NCBI GenBank assembly: GCA_048882045.1
Contig: JBHLRZ010000004.1
Coordinates: forward strand, 46,373-110,372
Reading direction: 5' to 3'
DNA length: 64,000 nucleotides
DNA from: Candidatus Thorarchaeota archaeon
GTDB taxonomy: Archaea > Asgardarchaeota > Thorarchaeia > Thorarchaeales > Thorarchaeaceae
Each line of letters opens with the position of its first letter. Position 1 is the first letter of the stretch. A model generated the notes under the pieces. The model saw only the letters and a list, made by a program, of their open reading frames with translations. It did no database searches and was not told where the DNA came from. Shown here in pieces: positions 39,760 through 48,701 of the stretch. The position numbers were made by a program, and so were the translations under genes.

Positions 39760-40191
39760 CTAAACAGAATCAATTTCTCTTATCCTATTTCTGACGATAT
39801 CAGGAAGTGTTGTTCTCTCAGAGGTCTTGTAATCATATACAACCATCTTGGATTCACCAATGGCAGCAATCCCCTTAGTTTTACTCTCAATGATATATTC
39901 CATAATGAATTGGGTTGGTTCAACAGAAGTCACACGAGCGCCTACCGTTATTGTATCAGGATAAAACAGGGGTTTGATGAATTTGGCTGAGATACTGCCT
40001 AAAATTGGACCTATGGAATTCTTCTCCATTGATTCAAGGAACCCGGCGCTCTCAAAATATCTTATACGGGCAGTTTCAAAGTATCTGAAGAATTTTGTAT
40101 TGTTTACATGATTAAAGGAGTCCATATCTCCCCACGCAATAGGGATCTCGACTTTGAGGTTGAAATCATCCAATGATGCCACGTACAACAC
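39760..40191 (-). CDS. Acyl-CoA thioesterase (4HBT/YbgC family)
   Basis: WGDMDSFNHVNN..FFRYFETAR, PLFYPD. Confidence 0.9.
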   Translation of the reverse strand: MLYVASLDDFNLKVEIPIAWGDMDSFNHVNNTKFFRYFETARIRYFESAGFLESMEKNSIGPILGSISAKFIKPLFYPDTITVGARVTSVEPTQFIMEYIIESKTKGIAAIGESKMVVYDYKTSERTTLPDIVRNRIREIDSV

Positions 40192-40438
40192 TTCCAGAGC
40201 AATCGAAAATGAATATCTTTGATCTGATAAAAAGGTGAAGATATGCCTTTTATTGGAAGAATGCGAATCCTTTAGTACAAGGAAGTGATAGAAAATCGGT
40301 GTGGGCGTCCGTGAGGAAGCATGGTAAACTGACCTTCCATTAGTTTACCACACCCAATGTCTTCTTACTATCGCCCACCCCTTTTGAAGTCCTATTCTTT
40401 TAGGTGTGACTACTCGGAAATTCGCGAAGGGAAAAGAG

Positions 40439-40999
40439 ATGTCTAACTCTATCTATCTCCTCAGACATGCGGAAACAAATATTGATCTGTCCAGACCAGC
40501 GAGAAACTGGTCAATCTCTCTTGATGGTAAGGAGAAAGCAAGAGATCTCGCATCGACTGAAGTTTTTGGCACCATAGATGGAATAGTTCATTCGAGCGAG
40601 AAGAAAGCCCGACAGACTGCAGACATATTCGCAGAAAATCTTGATATACAGATGTATGAGTTGTCTGGTCTGGATGAGCTTAAACGTGAACATGTGGGTA
40701 TACTCACTGAGACGGAGTATCGATCACGCGTTCGTAGTACACTCACAAACATGGATGAACCAGTTATTGGATGGGAATCAGGAGCGGCTGCACTCGAGCG
40801 GTTTGAGAATGCAGTTAATCAGATCAATATCATGTTCCATCAGAAGAACATTCTTGTTGTATCTCATGGTATCGTCCTGACTGCATACTTCTGTAAGCTC
40901 AAGAACTTCCAAGCGATTGCATATGAACGCTGGAATCAACTGAAGTTCCTAAACTGGGGTATGGTGCGTGATGATCGTGTCCTGATTGACATCGTATAG
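40439..40999 (+). CDS. Histidine phosphatase family protein
   Basis: LLRHAET, SS...ARQTA, LVVSHG. Confidence 0.87.
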   Translation: MSNSIYLLRHAETNIDLSRPARNWSISLDGKEKARDLASTEVFGTIDGIVHSSEKKARQTADIFAENLDIQMYELSGLDELKREHVGILTETEYRSRVRSTLTNMDEPVIGWESGAAALERFENAVNQINIMFHQKNILVVSHGIVLTAYFCKLKNFQAIAYERWNQLKFLNWGMVRDDRVLIDIV

Positions 41000-41049
41000 T
41001 CACCCAACCTTTTTCTATAGTATTGCATTGCATGGTCCAGTGATGTGAC

Positions 41050-41562
41050 ATGGTAACGATTACCAAGCCAATGATAACCTCCTTTTCCAAATTCAAGTCT
41101 GCTTGGGAGAAGGATGCTGGAAAACCTGAAAATACAATCATGTTTTATCTCATAGCCGCACTAAATGTCGAGAAGGATCCTGACCTCGGTGAAGCTATGA
41201 TGACGGTAGTGGTTTCGAAGAGAGATTGCATGGAATCTGGAGATTCGCCTTCTGGATTCAAGCTTCGGCCAAGTGCAAAGTACTTTGTTGGCCAGTTCAA
41301 GAGGAATCCAAACATTGCTCGTTCCTATGTCGGTGGAACCTACAAGAATGGCTACAAGTATGACAAGAATAACTTGACCATGACTATTGTTTCGAAAAAG
41401 GAGCATGGCAAGGGTCTAAAGATCTTCATTGATAGTGGTGGCAAGGACTTGGACACTCCGGTTCAAGTAGCGCAAAACTCAAGCGGACAGTGGAAGATGA
41501 TTGAGTTTTCATCCATCGCTACTGGTGTTCGTAAGACTGTCGAAGAAGAAGGCGATTTCTAG
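41050..41562 (+). CDS. Hypothetical soluble protein (possibly DUF6935-like)
   Basis: PNIARSYVGGT..NGY, SGGKD..TPV, GQWK...FSSI blocks; family recalled, not verified. Confidence 0.6.
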   Translation: MVTITKPMITSFSKFKSAWEKDAGKPENTIMFYLIAALNVEKDPDLGEAMMTVVVSKRDCMESGDSPSGFKLRPSAKYFVGQFKRNPNIARSYVGGTYKNGYKYDKNNLTMTIVSKKEHGKGLKIFIDSGGKDLDTPVQVAQNSSGQWKMIEFSSIATGVRKTVEEEGDF

Positions 41563-41563
41563 A

Positions 41564-41581
41564 AAGGGGCATATGCCCCTT
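41564..41581 (+). terminator. Perfect palindrome just after stop codon
   Basis: AAGGGGCATATGCCCCTT followed by pyrimidine/T tract. Confidence 0.55.
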
Positions 41582-41685
41582 CTCTCCTATTATTTTGATA
41601 TTTCATGGGAAGATTATTTCATAATCAACGAAATGGTTTCTACTGACCAGCTGCCTAATTTGAAGTCCGTTTCTTCTTCTATGAT

Positions 41686-42180
41686 TTACTCGTCGTGAAG
41701 TGTGGTTAAGTTCTGAATTACATCAGGACAGACCTTGACATCATCTGATAGAACATTGATGTAGCGGATGATTCCTTTCTTATCAATAATGAAGAGACCT
41801 CTTTTGCCATAACCTTCACCTGGTGAGAAACAATCATAGCCAAGTGTTACATCTCCAACAGGTTCATGGTCCGACAGCAATGGAAAACCTATCCCTCCGA
41901 GGCTCTGAGACCATGCCTTGTTGGTTCTCACAGTGTCCATGCTGATACCCAAGACCTGTGTATCCAGCTCTTTGTATTTCAGTAGGTTCTCTTTGTAGAG
42001 TAGAAGGTAGTTCTTGCACGAATCATTAAGGTCTCCGGGATTCAATGCTAGAAGGATATTGTATTTCCCTCTGTAATCTGAGAGCTTTACCATATTCCCA
42101 TCTTGATCGGGTAACTCAAAGTCAGGAGCTTCTTCCCCAATATTTAGACAAACCTTTTGTTGACGCAATATCATTTCCAT
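41686..42180 (-). CDS. Peroxiredoxin-like AhpC/TSA redoxin
   Basis: GEEAPDFEL, KLSDYRGK, PGDLNDSC, VLGISMD, FPLLSD, RGLFIIDKKGIIRY. Confidence 0.85.
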   Translation of the reverse strand: MEMILRQQKVCLNIGEEAPDFELPDQDGNMVKLSDYRGKYNILLALNPGDLNDSCKNYLLLYKENLLKYKELDTQVLGISMDTVRTNKAWSQSLGGIGFPLLSDHEPVGDVTLGYDCFSPGEGYGKRGLFIIDKKGIIRYINVLSDDVKVCPDVIQNLTTLHDE

Positions 42181-42342
42181 TCACACACATCAAATAGTTA
42201 ACAATAGTTAAATCATTTTGTATTAGTGATTCCTCTTCAGATTTCCATCACTAATCAATACTTACAGCTGGCGACCATGAGCATACTAGGATTGGAAGCA
42301 CATTTCCCAATTCTTATACAGAAACTCTACAGAGATAATTCG

Positions 42343-43032
42343 ATGTGCGGTCGTTTCTCCCTTCTGACATATGCAGAGAAACTAGCGGAGCGTTTCAATG
42401 TTCAGGAGGTCATTGACAGACCTGATCCCATTTACAATATAGCTCCATTGCAGATGGTGGCGACTGTTGTACAGAGGGAGACCCGCCAGTTGGTCCTGAT
42501 GAAGTGGGGTCTCGTTCCATCTTGGGCTGATGACATATCGATAGGAAACCGTCTTATCAATGCCCGTGCTGAGTCCATAGCTACCAAGCCATCATTTCGG
42601 GCGGCCTTCAAAAAGCGGCGCTGTCTGATCATATCAGATGGATTTTATGAATGGCAAAAGGTGGGCAAGGTCAAAAAACCTATCCATGTCCGATTGAAGA
42701 ATCGTGAGCCATTTGCATTCGCGGGACTCTACGAGTATTGGAACAAGACCAAATCAGGAAAATCCCTCCAGACATGCACAATCATTACAACTTCTCCAAA
42801 CAGGCTCATGAAGTCAATACACCACAGGATGCCTGTCATTCTGCGTCCAGAGTTTGAGGACAAGTGGCTCAATCCGGAAGCAAAAGCCGAAGAGCTAGAG
42901 GCAATGCTTCAACCTTACCCTGCTGAGGAGATGGAAGCCTTCGAGATCTCCAAGTATGTGAATAATCCTCGAAATCAAGGGCCTGAGTGTATCCAACCTG
43001 TAGATGAAACAATTCAGACAACCCTCCTCTGA
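42343..43032 (+). CDS. SRAP abasic-site crosslinking protein (YedK/HMCES family); start at MCGRF
   Basis: MCGRF catalytic Cys2, YNIAP, WGLVPSW, INARAES, DGFYEW, HHRMPVIL. Confidence 0.95.
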   Translation: MCGRFSLLTYAEKLAERFNVQEVIDRPDPIYNIAPLQMVATVVQRETRQLVLMKWGLVPSWADDISIGNRLINARAESIATKPSFRAAFKKRRCLIISDGFYEWQKVGKVKKPIHVRLKNREPFAFAGLYEYWNKTKSGKSLQTCTIITTSPNRLMKSIHHRMPVILRPEFEDKWLNPEAKAEELEAMLQPYPAEEMEAFEISKYVNNPRNQGPECIQPVDETIQTTLL

Positions 43033-43315
43033 ATTTCGTATTGCGGCCCAATGGGAATGGCGTGTCCTCAGGGGAATGTAGGGAATTTGACCTCGTGATA
43101 TTCTCCTCTGTTCTTTTTCCAATATTTGATTTTAATCAATGATGTAGAAGTTTCTGGGCTCATTTCACCCTACCAGATGTAAGCATAATACTTATATAAT
43201 GTAATACTATTACAAATTACATGATAACCGTAAGAGTTCGCATGGAACAATGACGGTTCGAGGAGATAGATGGCTGTTGAACCAGCAAACTGATGAAAAA
43301 TGGAGGTGAAGTGTA

Positions 43316-43417
43316 ATGGCACTCGCAAAAGGAAACTGGAAGAAGTTGAACAACGCCAAGAAGGCTTGGTCTACTGAAGCACTGGCTCATGCATGGCTCC
43401 ACAATCACCGTGCGTAA
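43316..43417 (+). CDS. Small basic peptide, 33 aa (MALAKGNWKKLNNAKKAWSTEALAHAWLHNHRA), not in ORF track
   Basis: Perfect SD GGAGGTGA 43302-43309, 6 nt before ATG; upstream TATA-like box and downstream hairpin. Confidence 0.68.
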   Translation: MALAKGNWKKLNNAKKAWSTEALAHAWLHNHRA

Positions 43418-43451
43418 AGATCTAGGCATCAGCCAAGTGATCAATCATAAT

Positions 43452-43490
43452 GGGAGTGTCCGTATCATGCGGACTCCCTCCTCTCATTTT
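43452..43490 (+). terminator. Hairpin plus pyrimidine tract after the micro-ORF
   Basis: GGGAG-tg-TCCGTA-tca-TGCGGA-CTCCC then TCCTCTCATTTT. Confidence 0.55.
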
Positions 43491-43537
43491 CGTACCTGTT
43501 ATATATCACCGCACATATCCTTGACTGAGGGTATATT

Positions 43538-43813
43538 ATGGCTGAAATTGATGCGCCACCAAGCAGTCGACCGCCGCCTCGGAGTTCTAGTACAAGTGAT
43601 ATGAGTGGTGGGGGACTCGCAAAAGCTGCAGGAGGATGTTGTGTGACCTTCTGTTTGTGTGTCTTTGCTATCTCATTCCTATTAGTAGGAATGACAGCAT
43701 TCTACTATCCATCAATCGGATTCATGTTCACTGGAATTGGTCTACTTCTCCTGTGTGCAGGATTGGCAGCAGCACGATGGGAGTGGGGTGTTCTCAAGGG
43801 CTCAAGCGGATAG
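43538..43813 (+). CDS. Small Pro-rich, Cys-rich 2-TM protein, paralog A
   Basis: MAEIDAP..., KAAGGCCVTFCLC, two TMs, EW near C-terminus. Confidence 0.75.
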   Translation: MAEIDAPPSSRPPPRSSSTSDMSGGGLAKAAGGCCVTFCLCVFAISFLLVGMTAFYYPSIGFMFTGIGLLLLCAGLAAARWEWGVLKGSSG

Positions 43814-43877
43814 TTATCTTGGGTATTTCAGCTGTCATTATATTCTTCCACTGCTCTCTGCTTCTGAGGGGATATTC

Positions 43878-44135
43878 ATGGCTGAGATTGAAGCTCCTTC
43901 CGGACATCAACCTCCAGAAAACCGCTCTGGTGGGAGTAGTGACCTGAGTACAAAAGGACTCGTGAAAGCAGCCTGTTTTTGTTGCTTCGTGTATTATGGA
44001 ATAGGTCTTATCATCGTTAGTCAATGGATGGAATTTTCCATTTGGTCTGGACCCCTATTATTGATTGGAATTTTGTGTTGTGTTGCAGGCCCTTTACTAG
44101 CCATAAACGAATGGAAAGTATTCAAGAGATCTTAG
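43878..44135 (+). CDS. Small Pro-rich, Cys-rich 2-TM protein, paralog B (start ATG 43878)
   Basis: MAEIEAP..., KAACFCCF, two TMs, EW; upstream CTGAGGG-ATATT as in paralog A. Confidence 0.75.
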   Translation: MAEIEAPSGHQPPENRSGGSSDLSTKGLVKAACFCCFVYYGIGLIIVSQWMEFSIWSGPLLLIGILCCVAGPLLAINEWKVFKRS

Positions 44136-44180
44136 GATTTTTCTCGGGGATTTTATACTCTTTACCCTGTACAGAAGGGC

Positions 44181-44513
44181 ATGGAGGCTCAAGTCACCGA
44201 ACATACTTCGGGCTACATTATCTATGACGCCCGAAGACTTCCTGAGGCTGATACAGTCTATGAGGCAGCGACCAAGATAGCAGATGAGATCATGGAGGGC
44301 ATCGAGCGGCTGACTTTTTCGAACACCATTGAAACTGCCACACTCTTCATAACAGGATCTGGTGCTCAACTCATACTCTTTGCACGGTCATTTGATGAGA
44401 ACCTCATAGCTCCAGCATTTCGGACTACTCTAAGGAGTGTTTCATATGATTCAGACACTGGTTACATCCAACGATATGTGATTCCAATCCTCGATGTTGA
44501 ATCCACATCGTAA
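44181..44513 (+). CDS. Hypothetical protein
   Basis: 110-aa ORF with globular composition, no recognised motif. Confidence 0.65.
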   Translation: MEAQVTEHTSGYIIYDARRLPEADTVYEAATKIADEIMEGIERLTFSNTIETATLFITGSGAQLILFARSFDENLIAPAFRTTLRSVSYDSDTGYIQRYVIPILDVESTS

Positions 44514-44583
44514 TCTACGTACATCAGTAAATATATCTAACAACTGATGGTCGCTTGAATATTCGACGGTGTTGGTGTTTGAA

Positions 44584-45633
44584 ATGGAGATTGAGCTAAG
44601 ACCATTTGATCCTTTCAAAGCAACCAAAGAAGAATGGAAGGCATTCCATGAGTACCGGTACAAGAGATACCCAGAAGCACATCCGGATGATCCAATCACA
44701 GCAGATGATGTTGTTGAAAAGAACCTTCGGTTCTTGAGAGAAGAGGAATATATTGAGACACACAGTGTTCATCAAAAGGGTGTTTCAGACGAGTGGATTG
44801 GTCTTGTACGCGTGAGTGTTATGAAAGAGTCCTCGCCATCATATGAGGAAAACAAGCATTTTTGCTATGTATACAATCTAGCTCTTCTGACTCCGTATCG
44901 AGGGAAAGGAATTAGCAAACAGCTTCTGGTTGTAGTTCTTGAGTTTGCTGAGAGATACAAGAAAAGAATGATCATTGGCGAAACTTCTGAGGATGACGGT
45001 AAGAAATTCATCAAGAAACTGAAAGCCGAGGAGGCTCTTTCTGGTTTAGAGAGTCGTTTAGACCTGACAAAACTGGATTGGGACATGGTGAATGAATGGG
45101 CAAGAGAGGGGCCAGTTAGGTCTCCTGAATCCAAACTGGAGTTCTTCCAGGATTGTCCAGATGATATCTTAGAAAAGTATTGCGAGATATATACCGAGGT
45201 TGATAACCAAGCTCCAAGACAGAATCTGGATGTTGGTGACTACATAATCACACCTGAGCTTCGTCGAAAATATGAGAAGTATCACAAGGATGTTGATGCC
45301 ACGTGGTTGACCGCCATTACTCGAGAGTCCAATGGTGATATCTCTGGCATGACAGAGGTCCTATATCGTCCTTCCAAGGACCCACTCATCTCTCAACACC
45401 TCACTGGCGTTTCAGACAAGTATCGTAGTACAGGGAAAGGTAAATGGCTCAAGGCTGTCATGCTTCAAGAAGTCTGTAGGCGCTTTCCATCTGTCACGAC
45501 AGTCGTCACCGGAAATGCTACTACCAATGCTGCTATGCTCTCAATCAACAAAAGGTTGGGCTTTAAGGCTCACAGAGAGTCGATTATGGCTCAGATGAAG
45601 ACAGAAGATCTTGAGAAGTATCTTGCTAGGTAA
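44584..45633 (+). CDS. Tandem GNAT-family N-acetyltransferase
   Basis: YRGKGIS and TGVSDKYRSTGKGKWLK acetyl-CoA motifs; NATTNAAMLSINKRLGF. Confidence 0.87.
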   Translation: MEIELRPFDPFKATKEEWKAFHEYRYKRYPEAHPDDPITADDVVEKNLRFLREEEYIETHSVHQKGVSDEWIGLVRVSVMKESSPSYEENKHFCYVYNLALLTPYRGKGISKQLLVVVLEFAERYKKRMIIGETSEDDGKKFIKKLKAEEALSGLESRLDLTKLDWDMVNEWAREGPVRSPESKLEFFQDCPDDILEKYCEIYTEVDNQAPRQNLDVGDYIITPELRRKYEKYHKDVDATWLTAITRESNGDISGMTEVLYRPSKDPLISQHLTGVSDKYRSTGKGKWLKAVMLQEVCRRFPSVTTVVTGNATTNAAMLSINKRLGFKAHRESIMAQMKTEDLEKYLAR

Positions 45634-45731
45634 TTTCGCCAAGTCACTTGACAAGACCCTCATCGCAAATTTGACAATCTTTAAACAGCTTCAATCGAAA
45701 TCACAAGAGGAATCATTATCGTATTCAATAG

Positions 45732-47429
45732 GTGGTGGGCTTCTTGAGGAGAGCATTGGCAATAATACTCTCACTGGTCATTTGTAACCTGTTTGTCCCA
45801 CTTGTTGCTCTATCGACTCAACCAACAACAGAACTATCACCATCGACTTCAGTTCTTTCTGAAGAGTTGACATTTTCTACATACTTTGGTGGCAGTGAAG
45901 ATGATACTATCCATTGTGTTGTTGCTGATGACTACGGGAACATCTACATTGCAGGTGCCACTTCGTCGAATGACATCCCTTCAGGTGGTGCCCTAAAGAG
46001 ACCGTACGCGGGGAATGGTGACTACTATGTGACAAAGGTGAATGCAACTGGCCACATAGTCTACACAACGTATATTGGCGGGGCGATGTGGGAAGGATAC
46101 GCAAGTCTACATCCCAGCGGAGGTTGTTGGATAGATGTTGATGATATTGGTCGAGTCTACATGACTGGTTATACAGTGAGTGAAGATTTTCCAGTTGTGA
46201 ATGCTTGGGATGACACTTATAGCGGTACTACTGATGCCTTTGCACTAAGACTCAGCGCTACTGGTATAATTCAGTACTCAACATACCTTGGTGGCAATGG
46301 TCAGGATGTTGGAACATCCATTTCTGTTGATGACTTTGGAAATGCGTATGTGACTGGAACCACAGAGTCTACTGACTTTCCAGTTCTGAATGCTTTTGAT
46401 GACCATCAAAGTGGGGATCGAGATGTGTTCATTTCGAAACTAGATTCAACAGGTCAGCTGAGCTATTCTACATACATTGGTGGCGGACTTTCTGAGAGCT
46501 CACGAACTGGCGGTTCAACTGTCGATGGGAGTGGTAATGCATACATTGTTGGGAACACTAACTCGTTAGATTTTCCCACAGTGAATGCATATGACGATTC
46601 TTGTGAAGGTATTTCTGGCGACCTCTTCTTTTGTAAGATCAATACAACTGGTCACCTATTAGCGAGTTCATTTTTCGGTGGATCGGCAACTGATGACCAT
46701 GGAAACATTGCTGTTGATAGTGCTGGAAACATCTACATCTCGGGTCATGGGTCAGGGAATTTTCCAAAGACTCATACCCTCACAACAAATCACAACATGT
46801 TTGTGGCTAAGTTTGATAGTAGTGGCGAGAATCTGATTTACTCTGCAGCCTTTGGCGGTTACAACGCTGACAATCCATATGGTCTGGAAGCCGATGATGA
46901 TGGTTGTGTGTTTCTTACTGGATCTACATACTCGTCGGACTTTCCTATGGAAAATGCCTATGATGATTTGAAAGGAGGATATATGGACAGTTTTCTGGTG
47001 AAACTGTCGAGTGGCGGTGACCACATTCTCTTTTCTTCGTACTTTGGTGGGAATTCTGTGGAGTATGGGCTATCACTCACGAAAACCAATTCCAGCTATG
47101 TCTATCTCGCTGGGATTACGAACTCAACAGATTTTCCATTGGCATCACCAATTGATTCGACATCACAGAATGTTGAAGGTTTTCTACTCAGAATTGAGGA
47201 TGTATGGTCAGATATTCCACCTACATCTACAACCTCTACGACTACAACTTCGACCACTACCACCATTACAACAACCTCGCCTTCTACTACGACGACTCCA
47301 ATTTCAATCTCCACCTCAGGTGTAGGATTATCTACAGTGGTAATTGACGGTCTTTTGATCGCAGGAATTGGGGTTGAGGTAGCAATCATAGTCGTATTTC
47401 TTTCACGTCGTCAACGCGACAGACATTGA
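45732..47429 (+). CDS. Cell-surface SBBP-repeat beta-propeller protein with Thr-rich stalk and C-terminal TM anchor
   Basis: Repeated YSTYLGG..D....I.VD..GN.Y.TG.T.S.DFP units; TTSTTTTSTTT linker; TM plus RRQRDRH. Confidence 0.9.
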   Translation: MVGFLRRALAIILSLVICNLFVPLVALSTQPTTELSPSTSVLSEELTFSTYFGGSEDDTIHCVVADDYGNIYIAGATSSNDIPSGGALKRPYAGNGDYYVTKVNATGHIVYTTYIGGAMWEGYASLHPSGGCWIDVDDIGRVYMTGYTVSEDFPVVNAWDDTYSGTTDAFALRLSATGIIQYSTYLGGNGQDVGTSISVDDFGNAYVTGTTESTDFPVLNAFDDHQSGDRDVFISKLDSTGQLSYSTYIGGGLSESSRTGGSTVDGSGNAYIVGNTNSLDFPTVNAYDDSCEGISGDLFFCKINTTGHLLASSFFGGSATDDHGNIAVDSAGNIYISGHGSGNFPKTHTLTTNHNMFVAKFDSSGENLIYSAAFGGYNADNPYGLEADDDGCVFLTGSTYSSDFPMENAYDDLKGGYMDSFLVKLSSGGDHILFSSYFGGNSVEYGLSLTKTNSSYVYLAGITNSTDFPLASPIDSTSQNVEGFLLRIEDVWSDIPPTSTTSTTTTSTTTTITTTSPSTTTTPISISTSGVGLSTVVIDGLLIAGIGVEVAIIVVFLSRRQRDRH

Positions 47430-47557
47430 ATTCAAATAATTGCTTCATGAACTGAACTTTTCATTCTCTTCTCATTTGTTGGCTTCATAAGACACTACCA
47501 TAGCCGATGAATGAAGAGGAGGTTTCATATGTGTGCTATAGTCTCAATTAGCTCAGG

Positions 47558-48697
47558 ATGTCCATCATCATGAATCTCGAAATCTTTGAGCTTGAACGGA
47601 TGCAGTCCGAGTTTGAACATGTTGTGAAGTACAACCTCTCTGAGAGTGGCGTTGAACCTCTTCGGATAAAGGACCTCCTCCACTCCGATGAACTGATGGT
47701 GAAGTTTCTGAATCTCCAACTTGTGTATTCACAGACGAATGGAACAATCCCTCTTCGGGAGGCAATCGCTGGAGATTACGACGGGATTGGTGCCAACCAC
47801 ATCCTCGCTACTAATGGTGGGGCTGAAGCCAACTTTGTGGTGTCTTGGTGGTTGACACATGAGAATCCTGAATCAAGCGAGTTCGTATTCATGGTCCCCA
47901 ACTACATGCAGATCGGTGGAATCTGGAAGAACCTCGGAAGGAGGGTTAGACAATTCCCCCTGCGGATGAGGGATGGAGAGTGGGTCCCTGACATTGAGGA
48001 ACTGAAGTCTGTTGTTTCAAAGAAGACTGCTGCCATAGCGATCTGTAATCCAAACAATCCAACTGGAGCGATTGTGAACGAAAAGAATCTGAAAGCAATC
48101 GTTGACGTAGCTTCTGACAACGGTTCATGGGTTGTTTCAGACGAGATTTATCGGGGTGCAGAGATACATGATGAACGTACTCCTTCCATACAGGGTCGCT
48201 ATGAGAGGGTCCTAGTCACCTCCAGTCTCTCGAAGGCATACGGACTCCCCGGCTTACGCCTAGGGTGGGTGGTCTGTCCAACGGAGGACATTGCACACCA
48301 GCTATGGACCTACTCTGACTACACATCCATCTGTCCATCCACTCCCAGTAATTGGCTGGCAACCTTAGCTCTTGATCCAAAGTTCAGGAGTGGTATCGAG
48401 GACAGAGCTCGGAAGATAATCAGAGAGAACTGGGAGATTGTTAGAGAATGGCTGGACACACATGGGTCCCTCTTTGAGTATGTGCCGCCCAAGGCTGCAG
48501 CAATCTGCTTCATCAAACAGAACACGGGCTTAAGTTCGTTGGAGCTCGTCCACCGTCTCATGAAGGAGAAGAGCGTCCTCATTTCTCCTGGAGAACACTT
48601 CGATATGCCTGGGCATCTCCGAATAGGTTTTGGTAGTGAGCCAGAGTACCTAAGACATAGTCTCAGCTTGATCAGTGAACTATTGAATGAACTGTAG
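47558..48697 (+). CDS. PLP-dependent aminotransferase class I/II
   Basis: YNLSESG, CNPNNPTG, SDEIYRG, SLSKAYGLPGLRLGW. Confidence 0.92.
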   Translation: MSIIMNLEIFELERMQSEFEHVVKYNLSESGVEPLRIKDLLHSDELMVKFLNLQLVYSQTNGTIPLREAIAGDYDGIGANHILATNGGAEANFVVSWWLTHENPESSEFVFMVPNYMQIGGIWKNLGRRVRQFPLRMRDGEWVPDIEELKSVVSKKTAAIAICNPNNPTGAIVNEKNLKAIVDVASDNGSWVVSDEIYRGAEIHDERTPSIQGRYERVLVTSSLSKAYGLPGLRLGWVVCPTEDIAHQLWTYSDYTSICPSTPSNWLATLALDPKFRSGIEDRARKIIRENWEIVREWLDTHGSLFEYVPPKAAAICFIKQNTGLSSLELVHRLMKEKSVLISPGEHFDMPGHLRIGFGSEPEYLRHSLSLISELLNEL

Positions 48698-48701
48698 TGT
48701 T

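Noticed and set aside
43221-43300. Hammerhead (CTGATGA), C/D-box or SECIS reading of the leader
   Set aside because: No stem II plus GAAA, box C imperfect with no clear C'/D', and no matching 3' GA quartet
47218-47310. ACx-rich low-complexity tract as a DNA repeat or array
   Set aside because: Explained by the Thr/Ser-rich stalk codons of the SBBP protein
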